This document shows, piece by piece, positions 23,401-37,653 of a stretch of DNA of 64,000 nt. Position 1 is the first letter of the stretch. Every line of letters starts with the position of its first letter. The stretch is from Pseudogymnoascus verrucosus (taxonomy: Eukaryota). The notes under the pieces are model-generated. The model was not told where the DNA came from. It searched no databases and worked only from the letters and a program-made list of their open reading frames with translations. The translations under genes were made by a program, and so were the position numbers. Location of the stretch: assembly GCA_001662655.1 (NCBI GenBank), contig KV460209.1; one strand, 5' to 3'.

Positions 23401-26400
23401 TCGTTGAGGCTCTTCCAAATAGTCGATAAGGCGGCCCAGACGCCCTTGAAATCTTGTACTTCTTCCAAGATGGCAGCGAGGGCGGCATCGGGGCTCCCGG
23501 GAATATCCAAGGCTTCCTTTGCACGCGAAACCATTAGCGACTCATCGTGTAACTTGGTGATTCGTGTCTCGAAGGAAGTTAACGTGGAGGAGGCCACTTC
23601 GGGTGCAATGGTACCCGAAACGGGCTTCTCTTCGTTCCATTGGACGATGATTTCTGCGATCTTTTCTCCCACAAGTCTATCCTCAGCCACGATCTTAGCG
23701 CGGAGAGCATCTGTCTGGTCCTGCACGGTCTTGCTCTTGCGGTTGAGTAATTCGTTGAGTGCATCCCACTCAGAATCGACCTGCTCGTTGGATCGCCAGT
23801 CTGCTGGGAACTGATATCGTTCACGAACCAGGGTCGTGTGGCCTTGTCGGAATAAATCAATTTCAGGGCCCCAAGTCTTCACCTTCCTCTTGCAGGCTTG
23901 GACGATTGTGATAAATTGGACCGCCTGTGCTGTGGAGCTGGCTTCTAGAGATTGAACTTCCAGATCCTTCCGTGCCTTCTCGATCTCGGAATGCACTTCG
24001 CGAACTCTGGTGCCTAGACGTCCTGCAAACTTGGTCAAGATCTCGTGCTGCCATTGATCGTACTTGGCATTGACTTTGGTTTGCACTTGGTCATAGTCGA
24101 TGGTTACATGGCCAAATGAGCGGCTAACCTCAGTGGTATCGAAGGTTGATCTAGTTTTGCGAATTTCTCGAAGAAGTTGTAACCACTTTGATAATTGATC
24201 TCCTAGAATCTCGTATACTTGCTCTGACTGGAGATCCCAAAGAGATTGGAACTGCAGCCATTTATCAACATAACGGCTGATTTCAAGCAGCTGGTCCTCG
24301 ATGGTGGTGTACACCTCAAGCAAGGTATCAGCGCAATTCCTTGGTAGGTCTGTAAATCGTGCCTCTGCCTCACTAGAAGCGGCGATGCTCATTTGATAAC
24401 GAGAGGCTTTGATTTTTCGTAGGTTACAGACGACACCGAGCCAGCCGTGCAACTCCGAAACCCAATTTGCTCGAGCATACTCAAGAGGAGGTTCAAGATA
24501 AATAACTTGGTTACGCATTGTGATCTCGTGAACAAGTTGGCGGATAACTGGCAGTGAGGAAACCGATGCATCATTTGGACCAGTTGTAAGCCTCCTTCTG
24601 CTATCGCTATCGACAGTTTCAGATTGAACATCCTGGAAAGCCTCGATCCAGGTCTTTATTGCTTGATGGAGTCGTCCGAGTAAAGTATTCTCAATACGCT
24701 GGTTCATACCATGAACCCAGTGGTCCAGATTAACGAAATTCTCCAAGTTGAGCTGATCGACAGCCATTTGAATAGTTTCCAGTCTCTCTTGGAAAGTTGT
24801 CTCATTGTATGGACAGGTTTCAATATCAGTCAAAGCCTTTTGCACCGTTGTGTTGATTGAAGCGAGAACTTCCGTCTTGTTTTGGAGCAAAGATACAGTG
24901 ACTCCAAACTCACGAACAAATTGAACATGCTTGCTCTCGTTCCTGTTGCCAGAGTTGTGGTCCATGGTTCCGTTCGCTAGGTACGTTTGCTTGATATGAA
25001 CATCATATGAGTGGATAAAAGACTCCCATTTCAGCGGCAGTCCTTTGGCAATGAGAGCTTGGACATCGTTCTGATATCCGCTGAGCAGAGTTGACACGTC
25101 TGACATTTCTGAAATCTGGCGATTGGTCTGCGCAAGCGTGCGAACGCTTTCCATGAGACTGACGGCGTACGGATAAACTCGTTTGGCCTCTTTCGAGATG
25201 TTATTGATTGCGTGGGGTACCTGGTAGCCTTGCCACACCAGGTTGCGAGTCTCCTTGAAGAGAGCGATGACTTGAGGATTAAAGTTGACAGCAAGCTCCA
25301 GAGCATTGCCAGCCGATCTATTTTTGTTAATGGCAAATAGCAAGCCAGTGATATTAATTTGTCTCCGCTGAACATCATGCAACCAGGCTTCAAAAATAGG
25401 TCGCGTGTCGAGCTTCTTTCTGAACATGTTGCTCTCTGTCTGGAGTTTCTGGCCCTCGGCGTGTAGTGCCCAATCGTGACCCAAGACATTTTCGACCTTC
25501 TCCATATAGCCATCAAGTTGTCTCTCAATTTGTCGTGCCCAGATAATAGCACCTGCCACAGGAGGAAGATCGCGCAGCTGTGCCATAGCATGGGCCTCGG
25601 AATGGCCGTATTGCTGCTTGAAACGCTCGTGGAGCGCAGTAATATCGGTTTTGACATTATTGATCAGAACGGTCTGATATTCTGCAATGGCGCTACGAAT
25701 CTTCGGTCGTACGAAGAGAGCATTGAACTTGGAGAACACTCTGAACTTTTCATTGGCGCTGTTCGCAGTAGCCAGGCGATCCCTCAACCTTGCAATGATG
25801 GAGTTCTCGACTCTTGCGGTTCTTTCGTTGTAGGCTGTTTCCTGCTGCGCCCAGAACTGAGTACCTTCTGGAGACGTGTCCAACAAATCGACGTTCTTCA
25901 AGGCGGCATATGCTTGTTGCACCTCTTCAACAGCATCGACATCGCCCATTTCTTCAATGAGGACCACGCCGTTAGCTGAGCCAGCATCGACACCGCCTCC
26001 GTTGCTCTTGGGGCCTAGAACATTGACAATAGTTCGTTGCAATTGCTCGTGGTTGTCGCGGAATGTATTGACGTATTTAAGTCGCTGCTGAAGCGCCGCA
26101 TGCCTGGAGTTAATCTTGATAGGAATGAACTTGTCGTTTCGCCTCCTAGTTACTTCTCTCGCAACATTCGTGAACTCTTTGATACTCTCGTCCCATGCAG
26201 CAAAAATGCTATCCGCTGTTGTCATTAAGACCTTGAAGTCTCTATAGTCGAGATGCATCAACGATCTGCCATGGAGTAAGGAGTGCAGCTTGGTGTCGAG
26301 GTCCGCTGAAATAGCTTCGACAAGGGACAGTGTTCGTGGTACGGGATAGGGGCAGATCCTCAACTTCTTGTTAAGATGGTTGAAAATCTGTCCAATAGCC

Positions 26401-27584
26401 TCTACAACCTTCGAAAGCGCAGTAGCTGAGTTCAATTCGTCCAAAGGAAAATCACGCATGAGCTGATTGTATTTTTGGACGATTTCCGTAGCTTCTTTCA
26501 GTCCAGTATCTGCGGTGAAACTAACGGTTGCTTGGAATCGCTTCGCATGGCGGAGAATCTCGAGGGTGAGTTGGACACCATCACTTCGCAATTGCGCTTC
26601 TATGCTCTCAAGCGCCGATTCTTTCGACAGCCAGAAGTCGATTTCTTGGTTTGCCGTTCCAGTTTTGGCATCCCTGGTCATCTTTGTGATGGTTTGTATG
26701 GACTTAATCCAATTGTTGACTGTGGTTTGCAAGCTATTCAAGAACGTGCTGTCTTGAAGTATCGACTCTGAAATATAATCCACGGTGGGCTTCGCTCCAC
26801 GGGCTGCCGCCTCATCGGCTGCATTTTGTACAAGTGGGTGGAGTGGAAGGGACAGCTCGGGGATCTCCACGTTCTCTTGGAGATGACGAAGGCTCAGATC
26901 CAAGTCAGCAATCCTCTTTTTCGTGACTTGTATGCCTGTCTTGCTGTCGACTTCTGTTCGGCCGCTGTTGCCATTTGCCGCTGCTTGGTTCTTGATATAT
27001 GCATCGAAAAACGGGCCGAGGCCATTATGGATGAGGTTGTAGAGGACTTCGATGGTTGGGCCAGAGCCACCTGTTGTTGTGGATTGGGCGGCCGCTCCAG
27101 GGAGCACAATAGAATGTATTTGTAGAGCAACCGGTATCGAGGGATCGATTGCTGGTGATCGTTTTGTGACAATCAAAGAGGTAATTGTCAGGGGGGATAA
27201 TGTTGGGTCGCCGGTCAGGGTGTAAGCAAAGCCACCTGTTTCAATATCAGTTCTTGTCCCATCATTTACGAGAATAGTATAGAGCATACCCTGGCCATCT
27301 GACGACTGTTTGGCATCTTCTTCCGTTCCAACGATATCTTTTTGCACGTAGAGGGCAACTTGCGATTCTGTTGCGAAACGGGTGCAACGTTGGACGGTTT
27401 CTGGGTATCTCGACTTCGACAACAAGCTGCCGATACTCTCTAGTTCTCTCCTTGTAGCTCCCAGGTTGGCCTCAATGAGTCTTGCGAGATGCTCAACAAC
27501 CACAGTAGGATCTATGGTTGAAAAATGGCTGCCTGCGACGCCATTCGCCGAGGGGCTTGCGGGAGATGAGACCAAAGTCTCCAT
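14420..27584 (-). CDS. DYN1: Cytoplasmic dynein heavy chain
   Basis: About 4370 aa with AAA P-loops [24 protein letters not shown] and GVSGSGKT and a stalk coiled coil; introns 27289-27236 and 14954-14903 (nudA/ro-1 orthologue). Confidence 0.98.
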
Positions 27585-28357
27585 AGTGAGTTGGTATGAA
27601 TTATAGGTGGGATATCATTTCGAAAATTGCGGAGCTTCAATAGCAGATTAATGTAGAGGTAGTGATTTATTTGGTGTATTTTCAGGGTCCAGATATAGTG
27701 TAGACCGAGATGGTTGAAAGGAGGTTATCTGGGGGTCTCCAAACGGTATTAACAATTCGCGTAAACGATGGATGGACCGCGATTTGAACTATTTCGACAG
27801 GGGGTCCTTACGGGCACCCCCTGGTGTCTCTCGCCAAAGCGCCCTATGATGCTATAAAGCGGGAACCAACGAATCTTTACCAAAGTCTGGTAGTACAGCT
27901 CTTGTGATTATTTGTTTGAAGTCATAAACGAACCATAACATAACTTTTGGGGTTATATTTAGATTTAACTCCATAAATCATTCATATCAACTCCCGTAAA
28001 CCAGTAAATGGTAATGAATTTAGATGAACAATTGACTTCGCATTGGTAGCTACTCTACGCTATCCACACCGAAGTCCCAACTCTATTTATACAAGACCCC
28101 CCCTTGGTTTTGACAGAAGGCTAAACAGGATATATCTTCATACCTCGTTGTTCGTAAAATGGGAGTAGGAGACTAATTAAGACACAAAGATGAAGGGCGC
28201 CAGGTACAGCTGATATACAAAGATCCATGCCCAGTCGTTTGATTCTAGGCTGCAAAGCGCTCCCACCTCAGGTTGAAACGCGCATGGAGCCTAGGTGACT
28301 TGCTGGGAGTTTGAGGAATCTTCAGAGGTCGTAGGTGTTGTGATGAATTCGAGGCAT

Positions 28358-29142
28358 TTAATCCAATCCAACCCCTGGAATGCCGTTGTCGGAGCCTTCG
28401 CTTCCTCCGCCGGATTGAAAGGGGCCAACGTGAAGGCTGGGGTCAACTGCGATCATTTCTGCGAGAAGGTCCAGTACAGGCTATTATAGGTGTCAGTATG
28501 GAAGATTTGTGAGAGATCCGAATGGAAGGATGGAAGTACGGACCTTGGGGACGGTCTTGTCATAGATGGTGATCAGGTCAGACGGCTGCGGGTAGACCTT
28601 GAGCGCCTTGTAGAAGCACAGAGCTGCTTCCAGGTTATCGGATCCTATAAATTATAACGAATTAGCAGAGGGCTTTGTATATTTGACGATAATGAAGATC
28701 CGGCTTCATGGGTGGTGCCTGGGTCCTTCCCGGTCGAAACGCGGGTGGTGCAGTTTTATGAGTAGAGATCATACCATCTTGTGCCAATTGCTCTCCACGC
28801 GCGACCTCATTCATGAAATATGCCTCTTTCTCCTCCACATCGACTGGGAAGCCCTCTTCCTTCGCCTCCTCTACCACGGCCTTCAGAGCCTCTCGTTGTC
28901 TGTTGGTGTGTGCCTCTGCCTCCTCCTTTGCTGCGCGTGCTTGTCTCTTAGACTCTTTCTTCAATTGCTTTCTGAAACCTGGGTCGGTTCTGCGGCGGTG
29001 GTCGAAGTAAATGGCATAAGCTATGGGGCATAAACGTTAGCAGATTCCGAGGTTGAGGGATGGTTCACATGGATCACATACCGACGAGGCCCGTGGCAAT
29101 TGTGCCAACGGTAGCAGTGACAATTGTTGAAGTTTGGACCAT
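28358..29142 (-). CDS. TOM20: Mitochondrial import receptor Tom20
   Basis: N-terminal TM segment, [64 protein letters not shown]; three introns. Confidence 0.93.
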
Positions 29143-29452
29143 TTTGAACAACAGCGTAAACAAACTGTAGTCTCTGTAGGGGCGGGTTTCCGGATAAACA
29201 AAGGTTATGGTTGATGTCGTAGCGGACCTTGTTAATGGCCAAAAAAAGGTTCCCTTTGGCAATAATTTCGACGCGGGTATGTCAGCCTTGAAAGTTAGGC
29301 AACATTAACGTGGAACTCGCAATGCGGCCCACCCGTATCGTCCAAGCGTACCAGCCAACGACGTTGTTCTTGGAGCTGCCACTCTACAATCCGGGGAGAG
29401 CTCACGAATTCGAATTGCAACTCTTTGGGCTTTCACCACAACACGACCGACC

Positions 29453-31654
29453 ATGTCTGACGATCGTGGAAGGGGAATATCCCTACGAACAAAGCGGAAA
29501 GCACGCCCAGTTATAAGTGCGCCCAAACAAATATCAGGTCCAATTCAACAAACCCCGGACGTGCCACGAAACGCTGGAGGCAAGACAGGTATCGAGGTTC
29601 CCAAGCAGCGCCAACAAGCCGGTGGAAAGGTAAGGCAGCTACCAATTGAAGCTTCTAGTCTCAATTCTGGTTTATCTAACTAACTTTACTGCAGACATCC
29701 GACCTTGTTAAACGTCGGTATTCGACCCGATTCAACAACCTACCTGCGGGGTTCGATGCCACTGCACCCCCGGTGCCATCGACATCGCCAGCAGGGAGAG
29801 TTGTTAGACCTGCTGATAGAGATGGAGGCAAGCCGCCATCAAGGGGTGCTGGTATCACCGTTGACTTGAATGCTCTCCGAGACCCTTCCTTGCAACCGCA
29901 GCAATGTGAGTATTTGGAATAATTTAAATCCAATTCTCCTTCTCTTTATGTATATAATTCTAACAATGTTTAGATGTTGCCAGCATTTTGGGTGACGCTT
30001 CCGAGCAGGACATCGAGGATTATCAACAAGCTCTGAAGAAGATGAGAAATCGAACTTCAACGGATCTACAACAGAACGTGTATCAAAACCGAACACAGTT
30101 TATTAAGATTAGTAAAGAAGCCGAAAAGCTGAAGGGCGAAATGAGAGCTCTACGTAACCTTATGTCTGAGCTTAAGAGCAACACAACAGCTCTGAGATCT
30201 GCGTCATCTTCAGCTACCGCCGACACATCTGGCTTCAATGGGTCCATGAATACGGTTCTCAGCAAGCGGGATAAGCGGAGCTCTGTTGCGGACCGCACGG
30301 CTTTGTGGAATTCTCAGCTACAGGCTTTGTGGAAGGCCGTTAGTGGTTCACAGAAGTTTCTCCCTGCGGCACTTGGACGCCATGTCGTCCAAAATGCTGG
30401 TCTTTGGGTGGAGCTTGATAACGCAACGTGGAAGCCGAGAAGATCTATGCAAATCATCCTTTTAAACGACCATCTTCTCGTTGCTTCACGCAAGAAACGT
30501 CGAATTGAGGGCAATAACGGGTCTGATCCCCGCCAAGCCCCTTCAAAACTTGTGGCAGATAGATGTTGGCCATTGCTCGACATTGAAATGGTTGACCTTG
30601 CAGGTACCAATGACGCTACTGGTTCTCGAAATAAGGTCGCGGATGCCATTATGATTCGAGGCATTGCACAAGAATCGTTCACTTATCGTACGGAGAACGC
30701 AGACAGCAGTGAGAAGACGCAACTGCTCCTTAACTTCCGCAAGGCCGTAGAGGAGTTACGAAGAGGGTTGCGATCGGAGATTGAGAGTAACAACAAAACT
30801 AAGGAAACCATTAACTACTTTGCGTCACGAGATCCAGGTTTACTGGAGAAGGCAGACCTACTGGAGACACTATCTGACATGAAAGAGCGCCCAAATGTGT
30901 TCATTGAGGTCGATGGCAAGCAGCAGAATCTACGCTGGGTTGAAGGTCAAGTTGATGAGCTTGACATTGACATTGCGCTTCAACAATTCGACGAAGCAGT
31001 CAATCGCCTTGAAAAACTGAAGGTTCTGGCGAAGGGCTTGAAGAATAATGCCGTGGCGCAGGACTTCATCAACTTCAAAGTCAATGAGCGGGCTGTTAAG
31101 CTTGCGGGCCTGATCACTCGTGAGCTTGTTGATAGCCACAACGAGTTAAAAAAAACGAAACGCAATGTCGGCTGGCTTACAAGGCTTGGCTTTGAGGATG
31201 GCGCTCGGGAGACGTACCTGAAAGCACGCAGCCTAACCATTCATAAACGCTCAAGGTATGCCGTATGTTCTGTGCCTGTCTATTCGTACTAATTGTTTTT
31301 GACAGACAATGCACCTTTGAGGGCAATCTACACCAGTACATCTGGGAGATCTCATTTGTATACTTTGCGATTATTAAAAACACCGTCTTGACATTCCAGG
31401 AATGCTTTCCGCCATTGACGATGAGCGCATGTGTCAAATGGGCGAAGGAACAGGTGGATGCTTTCAATGTGATCTTAAACAGGCAACTAAGTAGTGCCGA
31501 CCGCGAAGGTAACGTCTGGAAAGAATGTATGGAACAGTCCCAGGAGCACGCGAAGATGCTCTCTGAAGTGGGCTTAGATTTCAAAAACTTGGTAGGCCGT
31601 CAAACTGAGGCAGCCAGTGGGGGGAATACGCCCGTTGGGCTTGGCCTTGCATAG
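29453..31654 (+). CDS. EXO84: Exocyst component Exo84
   Basis: DLQQNVYQNRTQFIKISKEAEKL, PH-like LLNDHLLVA, RLGFED.ARETYL.AR and MSACVKWAKE motifs; three introns; divergent from TOM20. Confidence 0.92.
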
Positions 31655-32091
31655 AACGTATAAAATGCATATTTATATTTACTGTACAAATAAATATCTT
31701 ACCACGCCGTTCCTATTTGAATTGTTGAATGACAGCTAGCTGTGTTCATTTATGTAAGCTACGACTGTAGATAGCTTGGTGGTGTACGTACATTTAGACG
31801 TGGGTTGATCTAAGCGAGATATGGCAAGCCCACCCATACTACTATCCAACTTCAAGTACCCCATACAGAATCGGGGTAAACGCTCTGCAATCCAAATTCA
31901 ATACCCTTCACGAATAGCTGCATACCGACTGTGGCCCAGCTGCATTGTATTTAGACTGTTACAGCACCCAGAAACCTTTTGCGACAAACTACCTACGCGC
32001 GCGGAGTCATTCGATCTGAGCTGGACATCCCGCTTCCAAACATCACCAGCCTGGGTCGCAACGTCACAATCGTCAACGACAACGGGGCACA

Positions 32092-33415
<1,324 letters not shown>

Positions 33416-33904
33416 ATTTCGAGTCCAGAAAATAGGCAATGGAGAATAGATCCCCTTAATCTTGACTCTAAATGGGCGCGAGGATTGGTGTACGGGACAG
33501 AGTCACAGAGACACCCTCACAGTGCTGTACAAATCACCGATTATAGGAGGGTTTGTAACGTAGAAATACGTCCCGCCACCACTGCGTTTTGTGCTTAGTA
33601 GAGATACCTAGACACAGTTTTTATGAATACGAGAATAATACAAAGACGCGGGATCCCAAATTGATGTCCAATCGTAATAATATAAGTGTAGTTAATTAAG
33701 AACTGTCGAAAGTGGTGCTCATATGTTCACCCACCACCAAATATGTCGCATCACGTGCTCCCACCAAAATAGCTGGCCCGAGTTCTGACACCACCCCACA
33801 TTATTGGCGATCGATCCAAAGCACGATTGATATACTCACACCCTAACTATCGATCTTCACAAGACCACCTCCCGAGTTCAAGGCATTGACGATATCTCGT
33901 CTCG

Positions 33905-35311
33905 ATGTCCTTCGCTCTACCACAGGAGAATGCACGCCGTGCATATGCCCAATCCAGCGTACCAAGCGCCATACACCCAATCTATAACCCAGCGCCTCAA
34001 GCCTCACCAACGCCAGGGCAACAACCTCATGTCCCCTCCTCAGCGCCCTACTTCACACGACAGGTGTCACTACCAGAAGACAATGTGAACCGCTCAGGAA
34101 GCAATGGAATGAATCCTAATACGCTCGCGACGGCGCCACCAAATGCGCAACTGCAGCAAGACCACAACAGCTACCTCTACCAATTGCAGCACGCAGCTAG
34201 TGCCCCCACGGCCACACGACCAGCCCTGCCTACTCTACAAACCTCCCACCACCCTCAGCTGAACGGCAAACAGCACCAGCAACATCAGCAGCAGCTTCAC
34301 CAGCAAGCTCGCCAACAAACCCCACAGCAGCAGCAACCTCCGGCGCCCCAGCAACAGCCTCAACCACCACCCAGTAACGGCCATGACCCCGGCACTTCCT
34401 CCTCGTCCGCCTCCGCCTCGGCCTCCCCACAATCGAGCACATTCCCCACGCACTTCGCCCTAACCCCCGACCCAAGTCTGGGCATGGAAGCCCCGCCAGA
34501 AACGTCCTTCCCGACCTTCGAAGCCCTCCTCCAGTCCGTCAATGCCTGGGGCCTCGCGCGCGGCTACGCCTGCGTTATCGGACGCTCGAAAAAAAAGAAC
34601 AGGATTGGACTCAAGAAGGTTCTCTTGACGTGTGACAAAGGCGGAACCTCAAAACACAACATGCTGCCTGTCGATTCCCCAGTGCGTAGACGAGCTACGA
34701 CTTCGCGCAAGACAGGGTGCCAGTTCAGCCTCTATGCTATTGAGTCGACTATGGAGTGGCAGCTGAAGTATCGCCCGGACGGCTTATTCTGCGTGCACAA
34801 CCACGGACCTAGTAAGGGTGCCATTGATCACCCCGCGGCCAGGCGGCTGGACAGGACGGCCGTCGCGGCGGTCAAGGCGCTGAGAGATGCAGGTGTCAGC
34901 GCGCAGGAGACGCTGAAGCAGATCCAAGCCGCGCACCCTAACGCGGGGTATCTCCCACGGGACATCTATAATGCGCGTGCCGCCATAGCACGAGAACTAG
35001 ACAAGCGCTCGCAGGACACGGAGATCGACCCTGACGCGCCGATGCAGTCGATCTACAAGCGCCGCTCGGCGCCCAACCCAGAGGACAAGTTTAGGGAAGA
35101 GTGCAGGGCGGAGGTGATACGCGTGAAGGAGGAGCTGGAGCAGCTGAAGGAGAAGACGAGTCGGGAGATTGAGCAGCTCAGGGCGGCGCTGGAGCAGAAG
35201 GATAAGGTAATTGAGAAGTTTGAGATGTTTATTGATATCTGCAACGGCCGCGTCATGGCGCAGCGGGAGAGGCTTGCGGATGGCGATAATGGCACCGCCT
35301 CGGCGTCATGA
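33905..35311 (+). CDS. Q/P-rich putative transcription factor with a Mutator/FAR1-type (WRKY-GCM1) Zn domain and a C-terminal coiled coil
   Basis: F.TFEALLQSVNAW...GY...RSKK...LTCDKGG...SRKTGCQFSL...W.L...HNH.PS...HPAARR; no DDE transposase core; intronless 468 aa. Confidence 0.75.
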   Translation: MSFALPQENARRAYAQSSVPSAIHPIYNPAPQASPTPGQQPHVPSSAPYFTRQVSLPEDNVNRSGSNGMNPNTLATAPPNAQLQQDHNSYLYQLQHAASAPTATRPALPTLQTSHHPQLNGKQHQQHQQQLHQQARQQTPQQQQPPAPQQQPQPPPSNGHDPGTSSSSASASASPQSSTFPTHFALTPDPSLGMEAPPETSFPTFEALLQSVNAWGLARGYACVIGRSKKKNRIGLKKVLLTCDKGGTSKHNMLPVDSPVRRRATTSRKTGCQFSLYAIESTMEWQLKYRPDGLFCVHNHGPSKGAIDHPAARRLDRTAVAAVKALRDAGVSAQETLKQIQAAHPNAGYLPRDIYNARAAIARELDKRSQDTEIDPDAPMQSIYKRRSAPNPEDKFREECRAEVIRVKEELEQLKEKTSREIEQLRAALEQKDKVIEKFEMFIDICNGRVMAQRERLADGDNGTASAS

Positions 35312-35730
35312 GCGCGGCTAATGGCTTTGCTGTGTTTTTTTGCGAGCGGGTTTGGGAAGCGGCGTATTTTATTGGCCGGGGTGGGGAGACGGAGTAACGA
35401 AAATGGGCGCGCTCTCTGGGAATACGTTTGGGGGAGTTGTAAAGACGGGAACGTGGGGGGGTGGGATGAGCCCCTGATAGTGCGTTTTGATAGTGCTATG
35501 GTGCTGTCCAACTCTCGGTAGATGAGAGGGAATGAGGATGATATAGCGGTATATCCAAGAATACAAAAGTAATACCTCCTGCGCTTACATCCCGCGGCGT
35601 TTAGCCCTCCGCCCCATTTATTTATCTCTCATGCCGCAACCCAACGGGTTCCCGGCTCGGCCGCGCTGACGCTAAATATCCGCCATGGCAGATAATCTTT
35701 CCTAAAAACATTGACTCCTTACGGTGACAT

Positions 35731-37071
35731 TTATTTCTTCGCGAGCTGCATCTCGAGATCAGTGAGCAAGAACCCAACCTCACCAAGTAGGCTCTGTGGC
35801 TTTAGCGGTTGAGCAACATAGAACTGCCAAACTAAGTTAGCACATCCCGGATATAAATAATAAAGAAGAAAAAAAGGTAAACTGTTTACTAACATCAAAG
35901 GCTGTCGTCGAGTTAATAGAGCACACATCCACAGTAAGATTATACCCCAATGTCCCATCTCCCAGCTCGAGCAGTGCCTTATTCACCAGCCAGTCATACG
36001 CCCTATCCGCACTCCGTCTGTACTGCCTCGCACTGAACTTATCACCATCCTCTGTGCCCAAGTAACCCAGCCGTAGGCCGCGAAGCAAGGCATACGCAAA
36101 AAGCCCCGTCGCGCTCGACTCAAGGAAATTCCCTTGGCGGCCTGGGAAATTCATCACCTGCCACCAAGCCCCAGAGGCCCCATCTTGCGCACGAGCGACC
36201 GCACTCATAAGCTGCACAAAGATTCCGCGCAGTTCCTTCCGTATAGCCGCCGTAGCTGGTACGTCGGGGATCACGTCAAGCGTGGTGAGAAGACCCATGC
36301 ATGTCCATCCGACAGCACGGGCCCAGATGCTCTGAGAATGGCCGCGGGAAGTAAGGTTTCCCCAGTTAGGGAATGAACGAGTTGGGTCGTAGCCATGGTA
36401 AAGAAGACCACCGGTAGAGTGAGAGAGGCACCGATCAATTATATTGGAAAATTGCAACGCGGAAGTCTGGTAGGCGGTAAGGGCGTTGTTGGGATCAAAC
36501 TCGTGGGCATAGGCGGAATGGAAGGAGGGGATGGAGAAGAGACCGTCTTGCGTTGTGACGTTGGGGTAGACGTAGTACCAGTAAGAGCCGTCACTTTGAC
36601 GATTACGCAGGAGGTCGGTTTGGTGGAGTGTCTGGATAGTTGATAGCAGAGTCAGGTTCCCCGTTTTCTGATATCTCAAGACAATCAGCTTCATACCAGT
36701 AGCAAGTAAGTACAGCCAACCTACTGTTTGATAAACTGCGTGCCAACACTAAACTCGTCCAGCGGACTTCTCACATCGACCGTCACATTCTGCAGAACTG
36801 GAACCAGACCAGACATAACTAGATCCAAATACGACTCGTACTTCTCGTCCAGCTCTTGGGTCAAAGGCATGTTCTCTAGCACCTCACTTATACCTAAGAG
36901 GAGCAGCCCGCCCTCGATCACACTCGTTTTTACCGAGGGGTCTACTACAACGCCTTGCTCGCGAGCGATGATGCTGTCGAGCATTTTAAGTGCTAGCGGC
37001 GTGGTGTCTGGCCGCACCGCCGCAGCTGCAGGTCTAAGGGGTATTAGGAAGAGAAGTGTTGAGATACGCAT
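35731..37071 (-). CDS. Secreted GH105 (GH88/105, YteR-like) unsaturated glycuronyl hydrolase
   Basis: Signal peptide; GLLYHGYD, WARAVGW, G.WWQVM..PGR.GNFLESSAT motifs; two introns. Confidence 0.88.
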
Positions 37072-37653
37072 TGTGGGAGAAGTTCTGTCCTAGCTGGAGA
37101 TTGGTTCTGTAATACCCTAATAGGGGGTAATTGGGGAGAAGAATGAGGCTTTTCGCGCAGGGTCATGAAGGCAAAGGCTTCATGATCTAGATGACTATCT
37201 GCCGTCTATCTGCCGGCATCACCGTTGCCAAGTGCCATGGGGGTCACAGAGCGGGCCGACCCCCCACTGGTCCGAGCGCCTAATAGGTTCAAGTGCCGTG
37301 AGAGGCGAAAGATCAATAAATGTGGGCGGTTTTTAAAGCACAGTTATAATCTCCAAATCGCGGTTTGAATACTCTTTATTCGTCCTGTGATTTTAATACA
37401 TGCTGGCAAAATTAGTACGCTATTTCTACTTGGGATTTTTGCTTCTATATATGTATGGGTAGTAATCGTTAGCTGTTTTAACAGGGATCTTAATAATATA
37501 TTTAAGCATAAAACATATTACTATTCGGAGAAATATTATCAACCACCAAGAATATAACAGAAGTACACATCACACTATGACAACTAGAAATATATTTCCA
37601 AGAATAAATTAATATCTCAAAAGTCCTACGGTATCCCTAATATCCCCTCCCAA

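Noticed and set aside
15141..27606. Dozens of short + strand and alternative-frame ORFs over the dynein gene
   Set aside because: Antisense or frame shadows of a long coding sequence, with no independent motifs.
27800..27822. GC-rich imperfect hairpin upstream of dynein
   Set aside because: Short and imperfect; expected by chance from G/C runs.
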